From Gemmatimonadaceae bacterium (GTDB lineage Bacteria; Gemmatimonadota; Gemmatimonadetes; Gemmatimonadales; Gemmatimonadaceae), in NCBI GenBank assembly GCA_033763905.1, contig JANRJP010000110.1, positions 1-16,014 on the forward strand: DNA of 16,014 nucleotides. Reading direction: 5' to 3'. The translations under genes were made by a program, and so were the position numbers. The notes beneath the pieces are model-generated. The model had not been told where the DNA came from. It ran no database searches and was given only the letters and a program-made list of their open reading frames with translations. This document shows positions 7,825 to 16,014 of this stretch, in pieces. The first letter of the stretch is position 1. Each line of letters opens with the position of its first letter.

Positions 7825-8631
7825 ATGGCGTTGCGTCTCGGTTGTCAGGGCTGGAACTACCCCGACTGGGTCGGCCCCTTTTATCCGCCGCGAACGGCGC
7901 GCACGCGGTTTCTGTCCACGTATGCACGGGCGTTCGATACGGTCGAGATCGACGCGACGTTCTACGCGATTCCCAGTGTGCGGACGGTTCAGGGCTGGGC
8001 GACCCAGGTCCCCCAAGGCTTTCTGTTTTCGCCCAAGCTGCCGCAGGAGATCACCCACCTCCGGCGATTCCAGCACGTCGGCGAGATTCAGGCGCAGTTC
8101 TTCGAGCATATGCGCCATCTCGGTGACCGGCTCGGGATCGTCCTGTGCCAATGCGCGCCGGACTTCACGCCCGACGAATTCGAGGCATTCCGCGCGTGGG
8201 TCCCGACGGTGCCGCGCGACATTCGCCTTGCCGTGGAGTTTCGGCACAAGGGGTGGATCACCAAAGCGGTGCACGAGCTCTGCGGGGAACACGGGATCGC
8301 GATCGCGCTGTCGGATGGCCGCTGGATTCCGCGCGCCTGGCTGCTCCAGTTGGCGGAGCGGCCGACGGCGGACTTCGCGTACGTGCGATGGATGGGACCA
8401 AATCGCGCGATCACGACCTTCGGGCATCTGCAGCGAGACGTGACCGCGGAGCTGGATGCGTGGACCCCGGTCTTGGCCGGCATTCGTGATCGGGTCGCGA
8501 CGGCGCTGGGGTACTGCAACAATCACTTCAGCGGACACGCGCCGGCCACCGTACGGGCCCTGCAGTCGCGGCTTGGCCTGCGTGTGGTGCCGCCGGACAC
8601 CCTCGACGATCAACCGACCTTGTTCGGCTAG
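7825..8631 (+). CDS. DUF72 domain protein (YecE-like TIM barrel)
   Basis: LGCQGWNYPDWVGPFYP, FDTVEIDATFYAIP, FSPKLPQEITH, AVEFRH, TADFAYVRWMG, YCNNHFSGHAP. True start taken as ATG 7825. Confidence 0.93.
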   Translation: MALRLGCQGWNYPDWVGPFYPPRTARTRFLSTYARAFDTVEIDATFYAIPSVRTVQGWATQVPQGFLFSPKLPQEITHLRRFQHVGEIQAQFFEHMRHLGDRLGIVLCQCAPDFTPDEFEAFRAWVPTVPRDIRLAVEFRHKGWITKAVHELCGEHGIAIALSDGRWIPRAWLLQLAERPTADFAYVRWMGPNRAITTFGHLQRDVTAELDAWTPVLAGIRDRVATALGYCNNHFSGHAPATVRALQSRLGLRVVPPDTLDDQPTLFG

Positions 8632-8640
8632 ATTCCCGAG

Positions 8641-9369
8641 GTGTCCCGTCGCGTCCTGCTGTTCATCGTCCTGGCGAGCGTCTTTGCCGTCCTCGCGGTT
8701 CGGCTCGGGTTCTGGCAACTCGACCGGCTCGCCGAGCGTCGTGCGCTGAACGCGCGTCTGTATTCGCGCTTCGCCGCGCCGCCGCTACCGATGGCCGCCT
8801 TGCCACGCGACACCACCGAGAGCCGCTATCGCCGCGTACAGTTGGAGGGCGAGTGGGATCTCGCCCACGAAGCACTGCTGGTGTCGCGGACGCGAAACGG
8901 TTCGCCCGGCGTGAACTTCGTCACCCCCCTGCGCCGCCAAGGGACCGACACGGCCGTCCTCGTGAACCGAGGCTGGGTGTACGCGCAGGACGCCAAGGAC
9001 CCCGCCGAGCGCACGCGGTGGCGACCGGCCGGAGATTCGGCATCAGGGGAGGCCTTCGTCGATGTTTTTCCGGCCGGTCTACCCGGCGCGGCGCTGACAC
9101 CGGGTGATTCCCTGCATATTCGTCGGCTCGATCCGGCGGCGCTCGCGTCGCGCTATCCGTACCCGATCGCGCCGTACTATTTCGTCGTGCAGCCCTCGGT
9201 GGCCGATACGACCACGCGCCGCGACTCCACCCCCGTTCGCTTGAGCTTGCCGCCGATGAGTGAAGGCCCGCATCAGAGCTATGCCCTGCAGTGGTTCGCG
9301 TTTGCCGCGGTGGCCGTCGGCGGGGCGGGCGTGTTTGCGGTGCAGGACCGCCGCCGGAGGCGCACGTGA
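8641..9369 (+). CDS. SURF1 family protein
   Basis: N-terminal TM followed by LGFWQLDR; VTPL; VLVNRGWV; H.SYALQWF before a C-terminal TM helix. Confidence 0.93.
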   Translation: MSRRVLLFIVLASVFAVLAVRLGFWQLDRLAERRALNARLYSRFAAPPLPMAALPRDTTESRYRRVQLEGEWDLAHEALLVSRTRNGSPGVNFVTPLRRQGTDTAVLVNRGWVYAQDAKDPAERTRWRPAGDSASGEAFVDVFPAGLPGAALTPGDSLHIRRLDPAALASRYPYPIAPYYFVVQPSVADTTTRRDSTPVRLSLPPMSEGPHQSYALQWFAFAAVAVGGAGVFAVQDRRRRRT

Positions 9370-10412
9370 GCGGCGCCGCACCGTCCGGGCCGATCACGGT
9401 GGCGGATTGGGAGGCGGCTGGCCGCGCCGCGCTCTCGGCCGACGCCGACGCCTACGTGGCAGGGGCCGCAGCCGACGAGCATTCGCTCCGCTGGAATCGC
9501 GAGGCCTTCGACGCCTGTCGCCTCACCGTCCGCGTGCCGGAGGAGATCACACCGATCGATACGCGGGTGACGCTGCTCGGCACCGAGCTCGCGTCGCCAG
9601 TGTTCCTGGCGCCGACGGCATATCATCGGGCCTTTCATCCCGAGGGCGAACGCGCGACGGCGCGCGGCGCCGCGCGCGCCGGCGTGCCCTACTGCGTGAG
9701 CAGCGGCACGACGACGCCTCTCGAGGAGATCGTGGCCACAGCCGAGGGGGCGCCTCTGTGGTTTCAGTTGTATCTCGCGAAGGACCGCGGTCGCTCGCGC
9801 GAACTCGTCGCGATGGTGCAGGATCTGGGCGTTCGGGCGCTGTGCTTGACGATCGACACGCCCACCACCGGTGCGCGCGATCGCGAGACGCGCGCGGGAT
9901 TCGCGTTGCCGGCGGATGCGGTGACGCCCTACTGGGCGCACGTGCGCGATGACGGGGATGCCTCGCCGAACCCGGTGTCGTGGAAGGATGTCGAGTGGCT
10001 CGTGGGTGCCTCGCGGATTCCGGTGGCGGTGAAAGGCGTGCTCGATCCCGTCGATGCCAAACGTGCTGCCGAACTGGGCTGCGCCTGCGTGATGGTGTCG
10101 AACCACGGCGCACGCAATCTTGATACGGTTCCTGCGGCGCTGCACGCGCTGGATCGCGTGGCACAGCAGGTGGGCGGCCGGGTGCCGCTCACGCTCGATG
10201 GCGGTGTCCGCCGTGGTACGGACGTGCTCAAGGCGCTGGCGCTCGGTGCGACGGCGGTCGGGCTCGGTCGTCCCGCCGTGTGGGGATTGGCCGCTGCCGG
10301 CGCGGACGGTGTCGCGGCCGTCTGCCGCATCGTGATGCGCGAGTTCGAGATGGCGCTCGCGCTCTCGGGCGCTCGTCAGGTGGGACAGGTGGGTCGCCAC
10401 CTGCTGTGGTAA
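9366..10412 (+). CDS. FMN-dependent alpha-hydroxy acid oxidase/dehydrogenase (glycolate/lactate oxidase family)
   Basis: YVAGAA, LAPTA, WFQLY, LTIDTP..G.RDRE, VAVKGV, VSNHGARNLD (catalytic His/Arg), DGGVRRGTDVLKALALGA, GRP. GTG 9366 overlaps the SURF1 stop. Confidence 0.95.
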   Translation: MSGAAPSGPITVADWEAAGRAALSADADAYVAGAAADEHSLRWNREAFDACRLTVRVPEEITPIDTRVTLLGTELASPVFLAPTAYHRAFHPEGERATARGAARAGVPYCVSSGTTTPLEEIVATAEGAPLWFQLYLAKDRGRSRELVAMVQDLGVRALCLTIDTPTTGARDRETRAGFALPADAVTPYWAHVRDDGDASPNPVSWKDVEWLVGASRIPVAVKGVLDPVDAKRAAELGCACVMVSNHGARNLDTVPAALHALDRVAQQVGGRVPLTLDGGVRRGTDVLKALALGATAVGLGRPAVWGLAAAGADGVAAVCRIVMREFEMALALSGARQVGQVGRHLLW

Positions 10413-10439
10413 TCGTTCACCCTTCTTCCTTGGACTGTG

Positions 10440-10895
10440 ATGTACGCCTCTGCGCTGATTCTGCATTCCCTGCTCCGCTGGGCGGTCGTGGGCCTCGCGG
10501 TGCTCGCCCTGGTGCGCGCCTTCACCGGCAAGGACTCGTCGTGGTCGTCGGCTGACGAGACGCCGCGTCGCTGGTTGCCGATCGCGGTCACCGTGCAATT
10601 CGTGCTGGGACTCCTGCTCTACGGCTTGTGGAGCCCGCTGACCACCGCCGCGATGGCGGATATGAAGATCGCAATGAAGGACGCGACGCTGCGCTTCTGG
10701 GCGGTGGAGCACATCACGGTGATGGTCATCGCGCTGGCGCTGGTGCACATCGGCGGCGCGCGCGCCCGGAAGGCCGCGACGCCGGCGTCCAAGCGTGGCG
10801 CAATGCGGGTGTTTTTCGGTCTGGCGACCGTCCTGATGCTGTGGGGGATTCCCTGGGTCAGCCGGCCGCTGCTGCGGCTGAGCGGCTCAGAGTAG
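10440..10895 (+). CDS. Four-TM membrane protein of unknown function, possibly cytochrome b-like
   Basis: Four hydrophobic segments, with His in LHSLLRW, VEHITVM and LVHIG; ends in IPW..RPL. The start could instead be GTG 10437. Confidence 0.7.
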   Translation: MYASALILHSLLRWAVVGLAVLALVRAFTGKDSSWSSADETPRRWLPIAVTVQFVLGLLLYGLWSPLTTAAMADMKIAMKDATLRFWAVEHITVMVIALALVHIGGARARKAATPASKRGAMRVFFGLATVLMLWGIPWVSRPLLRLSGSE

Positions 10896-12302
10896 CGTGC
10901 CGCGCAGGATCAAGACCGCGACGCCGAAGTAGATCACGAGCCCCGTCACGTCGACCAACGTCGCGACGAACGGGGCCGAGGCGCTCGCCGGATCGAACCC
11001 GACGCGCCGTAGCGCGAAGGGCAACATCGACCCGGCGAGCGACCCGAACGTCACCACGCCCACGAGCGACAGGCCGACCGTCAGCGCGACCAGGCCGTAT
11101 TGCGCGCCGTGGTCGTAGATGCCGAGCCACTGCCAGACGAAGACGCGCAGCGCGCCGAGCGAGCCCAGAATCACGCCGAGCACAAAACCCGTTGGGAGCT
11201 CACGCAGCGCCACACGCAGCCAGTCGCGGCCGCGCACTTCGCGCAGGGCCAACGCTCGAATGATCAGCGACGTCGCCTGTGAGCCGGAGTTGCCGCCCGA
11301 ACTGATGATCAGCGGGACGAAGAGCGAAAGCACCAGGGCCTTCTGGAGTTCATCTTCGAAGAACCCCATCGCGCTGGCGGTGAGCATTTCACCGACGAGC
11401 AGGATCGACAACCAGCCGGCGCGTTTGCGCAACATCGTCCCGAAGGTCGTGTCGAGATACGGCTCTTCGATCGCTTCCATACCGCCCAGCTTCTGGACGT
11501 CTTCGGTCTGTTCCTGTTGAATGACGTCGATCACATCGTCGACCGTCACGACGCCGAGCAGCCGGCGCTGATTGTCGACGACGGGGAGCGCCACCAGGTC
11601 GTACTCGGACGTCAGTCGGGCGACTTCCTCACGGTCCGCGGTCACGACCACCGAACGGACGTCGGTCCACATCACGTCTTCGATGCGCGCGCCCTCGGGA
11701 GCCGCCAGCAGTTCCTTGAGTGAGAGCACGCCGGTGACGTGGCCCGCGGGATCCACTGCGTAGATCGCATAGAGCGCTTCCTTGCGCCCGCCTCTCGCGA
11801 TCGCGCGCACCTCGGCCACGGCGGCCTCGACCGTGAGCTCCTGACGGACCGAGACGAACTCGGTGGTCATCAGGCCGCCGGCGGTATCGGGCTCGAATGC
11901 GAGCAGCGCCTCGGTTTCGCGCCGATCCTCGGGCTCGAGTTCGTCGAGGATTTCCTCGGCGGTTTCCTCGTCGAGCGTCTCGAGCACGTCGGCGCGATCG
12001 TCCGGGCTCATCTCCTCGACGAGCTCGGCCGCATCCTCGGCCGGCATCGCCTCGAGTAGCTCGGCGCGGACCTCCTCGTTGAGGTACTCGAGCACGCTCG
12101 CCGCGCGTTCGGGCGCGAGCGCCGCGAACAGGGCCGGCAGGCGATCGCGCGGGAGGGCCTCGGCGACGTCGGCGAGGTCTGCGGGGTGCAGTTCTTCGGT
12201 CTCGACCGCGACGTCGGCCGGATTCTCGTCGAGGATGACGAGGATGTCCGGGGCCAGCAGCGCGCCGAGCGTCCGCTCTTCGTTGGGTTTCGGCGTGCTC
12301 AT
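10887..12302 (-). CDS. mgtE: Magnesium transporter MgtE
   Basis: Acidic N-domain (LHPADLAD, MSPDDRAD), CBS pair (TAGGLMTTEFV; LPVVD...LLGVVTVDDV), and TM motifs GGNSGSQ, DPASASAPFVATLVDVTG. Confidence 0.96.
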   Translation of the reverse strand: MSTPKPNEERTLGALLAPDILVILDENPADVAVETEELHPADLADVAEALPRDRLPALFAALAPERAASVLEYLNEEVRAELLEAMPAEDAAELVEEMSPDDRADVLETLDEETAEEILDELEPEDRRETEALLAFEPDTAGGLMTTEFVSVRQELTVEAAVAEVRAIARGGRKEALYAIYAVDPAGHVTGVLSLKELLAAPEGARIEDVMWTDVRSVVVTADREEVARLTSEYDLVALPVVDNQRRLLGVVTVDDVIDVIQQEQTEDVQKLGGMEAIEEPYLDTTFGTMLRKRAGWLSILLVGEMLTASAMGFFEDELQKALVLSLFVPLIISSGGNSGSQATSLIIRALALREVRGRDWLRVALRELPTGFVLGVILGSLGALRVFVWQWLGIYDHGAQYGLVALTVGLSLVGVVTFGSLAGSMLPFALRRVGFDPASASAPFVATLVDVTGLVIYFGVAVLILRGTLL

Positions 12303-12362
12303 CGGCGGCCCCGGAGTCCGATGTGACCGGACGCGTCCCCGCGCGGGCGCGTCGCGCGGGAA

Positions 12363-12391
12363 AACCTACCGGGACGAACCGTGCGCTACAA
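12363..12391 (-). promoter_or_regulatory. Putative sigma70 promoter of mgtE
   Basis: The minus strand reads TTGTAG-N17-TAGGTT, about 60 nt upstream of the mgtE ATG. Confidence 0.45.
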
Positions 12392-12482
12392 GGCGAATCC
12401 GGGGGGCTTCCAACCTTTTGCCGGATGTCGCTGTCAGAATCGGCGTCCCTCATCACACCGCAGTACGGCTCGTCCCGACGTC

Positions 12483-12507
12483 GAAACACCGCGAGTGCGG
12501 GTGCGTA
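12483..12507 (+). promoter_or_regulatory. Putative ECF-sigma promoter upstream of the DUF5916 gene
   Basis: GAAAC-N16-CGTA matches the generic ECF AAC...CGT pattern, 30 nt before ATG 12538. Confidence 0.35.
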
Positions 12508-12537
12508 GGCTCGGATAGCCCCAACACCTGGTGTCCT

Positions 12538-15180
12538 ATGTCGTACCGCATCCGGTCGGTTCCGCTCCTGCTCTTCGTCCTCTCGACGACGCCCGTCGCG
12601 GCGCAGCAGGTGGCCCGTGTCGCGCACTCGGCGGCAACACCGACGCGCCCACCGGAGGATCGATCCTCGGCGAGCGCGTCGCCGGGGGTGGCGGAGGCGC
12701 GCGTCCCGCGGATCATCACCTCGGCACATCGCGAGGTGGAAGCGGTATTCGCCGAACGCGCACCGGTGATCGACGGGCGCGACGATGATGCCGTGTGGCG
12801 CTCGGCCGATGTGATCGAGGGGTTCCGCCAGTGGCAGCCCGCCGAGGACGGCGAGCCGTCGCAGCGCACGACGGCGCGCATCGCATTCGACGCCAAGCAT
12901 CTCTACGTGTTCCTCCGGGCGTACGACACCACGCCCGATTCGATCATGGCGCAGCTCTCGCGCCGTGACTTGCGCACCCCCAGCGACTATCTGGGCTTCA
13001 TGGTGGACAGCTATCACGACAAGCGGACGGGGTACATGTTCCACGTCAATCCGCTCGGCGTGCAGCGCGACATCTACGTCATCAATGATGGCGAGGAAGA
13101 TCTCTCGTGGGATGCTGTCTGGTTCAGCGCCACCAGTCGAGATGCCGAGGGCTGGACGGCGGAGTTCCGCATTCCGTTGAGCCAGTTGCGCTATCCGGAC
13201 GTCGAGAACCACCAGTTCGGCCTGATGGTGATGCGCGAGATTGGTCGCAAGCAGGAGCGGCAGTCGTGGCCAGTGTTCCGACGGTCGAAGACCGGGTTCA
13301 TCTCGCAGGCGGGTGATGTCAGCGGCTTCGGCCGACTCGGCGCGCCGCGCCGCATCGAAATCAATCCCTACGCGGTCGAGCGCAACATCACCCGCTTCGA
13401 CCCGAGCGGACGGGTGACGCATCCCTTTCAGCAGCAGTACGGCGCGGACGTGAAGATCGGCGTGACGTCGAATCTCACGCTCGACGCGTCGGTGAATCCG
13501 GATTTCGGCCAGGTCGAAGCCGATCCCGCGGTGCTCAACCTCAGCGCCTTCGAACAATTCTTCGCCGAGCGTCGGCCGTTCTTTGTCGAGGGATCGGGCA
13601 TCTTCCGCTTTGATACCGATTGCAACGATGGCCAATGCAACGGCTTGTTCTATTCACGGCGTATCGGGCGCTCGCCACAACTCCGCGGGAGCTTCGGCGA
13701 CAACACCACGCCGCAGTTCACGCCGATTCTCGCGGCGACCAAACTGACCGGTCGCTTGGGCAGCGGGCTGTCGATCGGTGCCCTCAACGCCTACACGCCG
13801 GGGGTCGAAGGCACGCAGGGCCGGACGGTCGAGCCGACGTCGAACTACTCGGTGGTGCGCCTGCAGCAGGACCTGCGCAACGGCAACTCCGGCATCGGCA
13901 TGATGCTCACGTCCACCCAGCGGCGCACCGACGAGTGGACCGCGGATGTGCTCCGGCGTGAGGCCTATACCGGCGGCATTGACGCGCGGCACCGGTTCTT
14001 CAGCAACAACTACGAGATTCGCGGCTTCCTCGCCGGCTCGCGGATCGCCGGCAGTGCGGCTGCGATCGAGCGGACCCAGCGCAATGCGGTGCACTTCTAC
14101 CAGCGGCCCGGCTCCCCGGTGGCGCTGGATCCCTCGCGCACCTCGCTCGAGGGCTACGGCGCGCGGATGAGCGTGGGCAAGACCGGAGGCGGCATCACGC
14201 GATGGAACTTCGAAGTGTCGCGCTTCTCGCCCGGCTTCGACATCAACGACGTCGGCTTCCTGCCGCGCGCCGACTTGCAGACGCAGAGCTTCTGGACCGG
14301 CTTCCGGATGCTCAAGCCGACCAAGGTGTATCGCATCTTGAACCTGAACGTGAACCAGTGGTCGACGTTCAACACGGGCGGTGATCGGCTCAACGCCGGC
14401 GGCAACGTGAATGGCTTCGTGCAGCTGCCGTCGTTCTGGGGGCTGTTCGGCGGCATTGGCGTGGAGAATCCGCTCAAGGGCGCGGTCGACGATCGCGTGG
14501 CGCGAGGCGGACCTGCGGTCGGCCGGTCGATGTACGTGTTCCGCTGGCTCGGTCTCGAAGGTGACGGCCGCAAGCCGATCGTGCCGTCGATGTTCTCGTT
14601 CCTCGGCCGCGGTGACGAAGGACGCAGTATGTCGTACGACCTCAATCCCAGCCTGCAGTTCCGGCCGTCGAGCCGGCTGCAGGGCTCGATCGGGATGGGA
14701 TACAGCTACAACCAGGATGGATGGCAGTGGGTCGGGAACTACGACTCGCCGACCGGTACCAATTACACCTTCGCGCGGCTCAAGCAGAAGACGACCTCGC
14801 TCACGACACGGTTCGACGTGACCGCCACCCGCACGTTGACGATGCAGATCTACGCCCAGCCGTTCATCACGAGTGGGTCATTCGACGACTGGCGTGCCCT
14901 GTCGTCGACGCCGGCGGCGCGCACGTTCGCGGATCGATTCGTCCCCTATGGGAACGGCACGAATCCCGACGGTTTCAACTTCAAGCAATTCCGGTCGAAC
15001 ACCGTCGTGCGGTGGGAATACCGGCCCGGCTCGGCGCTCTTCGTGGTGTGGCAGCACGGCCGCACCCAGGATGGGCGGAACCCAGGCAGCTTCGACTTCG
15101 CGCGCGACTACCGCGACCTGTTCCGCGCGACGCCCGAGAACACTTTCCTGGTCAAGGCGACGTACTGGTTCTCGCTCTAG
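12538..15180 (+). CDS. Secreted/outer-membrane protein with N-terminal CBM9-like (DOMON) domain and DUF5916 beta-barrel-like region
   Basis: Signal peptide MSYRIRSVPLLLFVLSTTPVAA|QQ; CBM9-like APVIDGRDDDAVW and GWTAEFRIPLSQLRY; LDASVNPDFGQVEAD, ERRPFFVEG, LFYSRRIG; ends RWEYRPGS...KATYWFSL with an aromatic-rich terminal strand. Confidence 0.88.
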   Translation: MSYRIRSVPLLLFVLSTTPVAAQQVARVAHSAATPTRPPEDRSSASASPGVAEARVPRIITSAHREVEAVFAERAPVIDGRDDDAVWRSADVIEGFRQWQPAEDGEPSQRTTARIAFDAKHLYVFLRAYDTTPDSIMAQLSRRDLRTPSDYLGFMVDSYHDKRTGYMFHVNPLGVQRDIYVINDGEEDLSWDAVWFSATSRDAEGWTAEFRIPLSQLRYPDVENHQFGLMVMREIGRKQERQSWPVFRRSKTGFISQAGDVSGFGRLGAPRRIEINPYAVERNITRFDPSGRVTHPFQQQYGADVKIGVTSNLTLDASVNPDFGQVEADPAVLNLSAFEQFFAERRPFFVEGSGIFRFDTDCNDGQCNGLFYSRRIGRSPQLRGSFGDNTTPQFTPILAATKLTGRLGSGLSIGALNAYTPGVEGTQGRTVEPTSNYSVVRLQQDLRNGNSGIGMMLTSTQRRTDEWTADVLRREAYTGGIDARHRFFSNNYEIRGFLAGSRIAGSAAAIERTQRNAVHFYQRPGSPVALDPSRTSLEGYGARMSVGKTGGGITRWNFEVSRFSPGFDINDVGFLPRADLQTQSFWTGFRMLKPTKVYRILNLNVNQWSTFNTGGDRLNAGGNVNGFVQLPSFWGLFGGIGVENPLKGAVDDRVARGGPAVGRSMYVFRWLGLEGDGRKPIVPSMFSFLGRGDEGRSMSYDLNPSLQFRPSSRLQGSIGMGYSYNQDGWQWVGNYDSPTGTNYTFARLKQKTTSLTTRFDVTATRTLTMQIYAQPFITSGSFDDWRALSSTPAARTFADRFVPYGNGTNPDGFNFKQFRSNTVVRWEYRPGSALFVVWQHGRTQDGRNPGSFDFARDYRDLFRATPENTFLVKATYWFSL

Positions 15181-15189
15181 GACGCCGCG

Positions 15190-15423
15190 TCATTCGCCGA
15201 AGAGCGGCAGGCTGCGCATGGTCTCCACGGTGACCACGCGCAGCCCGACGACGGCGAGCGCCGCGTCGAGCTGATCGCGGTCAAGCGGCGAGGCGTGTTC
15301 CAGTGTGGCGCGTCCCAGCACCACGTCGGCGCGCTCCACGCCAGCCACGAGGCCGAGCGCCGTGAATGCGGCCCGGACGTCCGGGGGGCCGAGCATCCCG
15401 TCAATGTGTATCACGGTGGTCAC
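15190..15423 (-). CDS. Small HMA (CopZ-like) fold protein with degenerate metal-binding motif
   Basis: 77 aa from GTG 15423: TTVIHIDGMLGPPDVRAAFTALGLVAGVERADVVLGRATLEHASPLDRDQLDAALAVVGLRV. The pattern follows the HMA beta-alpha-beta-beta-alpha-beta consensus, but GMxCxxC is replaced by GMLGPPD. Confidence 0.7.
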   Translation of the reverse strand: MTTVIHIDGMLGPPDVRAAFTALGLVAGVERADVVLGRATLEHASPLDRDQLDAALAVVGLRVVTVETMRSLPLFGE

Positions 15424-15429
15424 AGGGGA

Positions 15430-15459
15430 GGGGTAGCCGGAGCGACGCGCGTCCGTCAA
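15430..15459 (-). promoter_or_regulatory. Putative sigma70 promoter for the HMA-like gene (leaderless)
   Basis: The minus strand reads TTGACG-N18-TACCCC, followed by 6 nt and the GTG start. The -10 element is imperfect. Confidence 0.35.
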
Positions 15460-15468
15460 GTTGCCCCG

Positions 15469-16014
15469 ATGTCGATTGCCTTCCTCGGCCTCGGCGCGAT
15501 CGGTGCGCCAATGGCCCGTCATCTCGCCGCGCCGCCCGAGGCGCTTGCTGTCTGGAACCGCACGGCCGCCAAGGCAACCGCCTTCGCGGCGGCAACCGGG
15601 GCGCGCGCCGCCGCCACCCCCGCCGACGCGGCGCGCGGTGCACAGGTGGTGATTACGTGCTTCCCCGTATCGGGCGACGTCGAGCGATTGCTCGATGGGC
15701 CGGATGGTCTGCTGGCCGGGATGGGACCTGGGACCGTGCTGGTGGACTGCACCTCGGGCGACCCAGCGACCTCCGTGCGGATGGCCGCGCGGCTCGCGGC
15801 ACGAGGGATCGGTTTTCTGGACGCGCCGGTGTCGGGCGGAGTCGTCGGGGCGGAGCAGGGCAAGCTCACGGTAATGGTCGGCGGCGACGCGGCCGTGCTC
15901 GAGCAGGTCCGGCCGGTGCTGTCGCGCTTCGGGGCCAAGATCGTGCACTGCGGACCGGTCGGGGCTGGCGATGCCCTCAAGGCCGTGAACAACGCCTTGC
16001 TCGCGATGCACATC
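15469..16014 (+). CDS. NAD(P)-dependent beta-hydroxyacid dehydrogenase (3-hydroxyisobutyrate dehydrogenase / GarR family), 5' part (partial)
   Basis: Translated by hand (not in the ORF track): MSIAFLGLGAIGAPMARHL...VWNRT...LVDCTSGDP...FLDAPVSGGVVGAEQGKLTVMVGG...GAGDALKAVNN. The frame is open to the window end. Confidence 0.95.
   Translation, partial: MSIAFLGLGAIGAPMARHLAAPPEALAVWNRTAAKATAFAAATGARAAATPADAARGAQVVITCFPVSGDVERLLDGPDGLLAGMGPGTVLVDCTSGDPATSVRMAARLAARGIGFLDAPVSGGVVGAEQGKLTVMVGGDAAVLEQVRPVLSRFGAKIVHCGPVGAGDALKAVNNALLAMHI

Noticed and set aside
9279..10748. Long antisense ORFs (489 aa here; also 11629-13635, 4258-5289 and others)
   Set aside because: They have no recognisable motifs and lie opposite well-supported genes.
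10887..10895. 9-bp tail-to-tail overlap between the membrane protein gene and mgtE
   Set aside because: Short convergent overlaps are common in compact genomes; nothing indicates a special function.
12303..12362. M-box (ykoK) Mg riboswitch or leader switch upstream of mgtE; GC hairpin CCCGCGCG-N7-CGCGCGGG at 12338-12360
   Set aside because: The predicted leader is only about 55 nt, too short for an M-box, and no M-box motifs were recognised. GC-only stems are expected by chance at this composition. An Infernal/Rfam scan would settle it.
11863..12537. N-terminal extension of the 1105-aa ORF
   Set aside because: Ser-rich antisense shadow of mgtE plus intergenic DNA; the signal peptide starts at ATG 12538.
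15424..16011. Upstream part of the 273-aa minus-strand ORF
   Set aside because: Antisense to the dehydrogenase; only the last 77 codons look like a real protein.
1..16014. CRISPR arrays, tRNA/rRNA, IS or prophage elements, defence systems
   Set aside because: No regularly spaced repeats, RNA gene signatures, transposase, integrase or phage motifs, or obvious composition shifts were seen by eye.

Overview
High-GC bacterial chromosomal window; gene content and style suggest Gemmatimonadota (inference only). In order it holds: the 3' end of an Nramp/MntH transporter, a universal stress protein and a DtxR/MntR regulator; a four-gene MacB/LolCDE-type ABC operon; a membrane PAS hybrid histidine kinase (minus strand); a DUF72 / SURF1 / FMN alpha-hydroxy-acid oxidase / His-containing membrane protein cluster; mgtE (minus); a CBM9-like/DUF5916 outer-membrane protein; a small HMA-like protein lacking its CxxC (minus); and the 5' part of a beta-hydroxyacid dehydrogenase. 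No RNA genes, CRISPR arrays or mobile elements were recognised. The most notable observation is in the ABC operon: one MacB-type permease appears split into two genes. The N-terminal half is fused to an AttH/CrtC-like lipocalin-type domain, and the C-terminal half has its own signal peptide. The two halves meet at matching positions when compared by eye with the intact paralog in the same operon.
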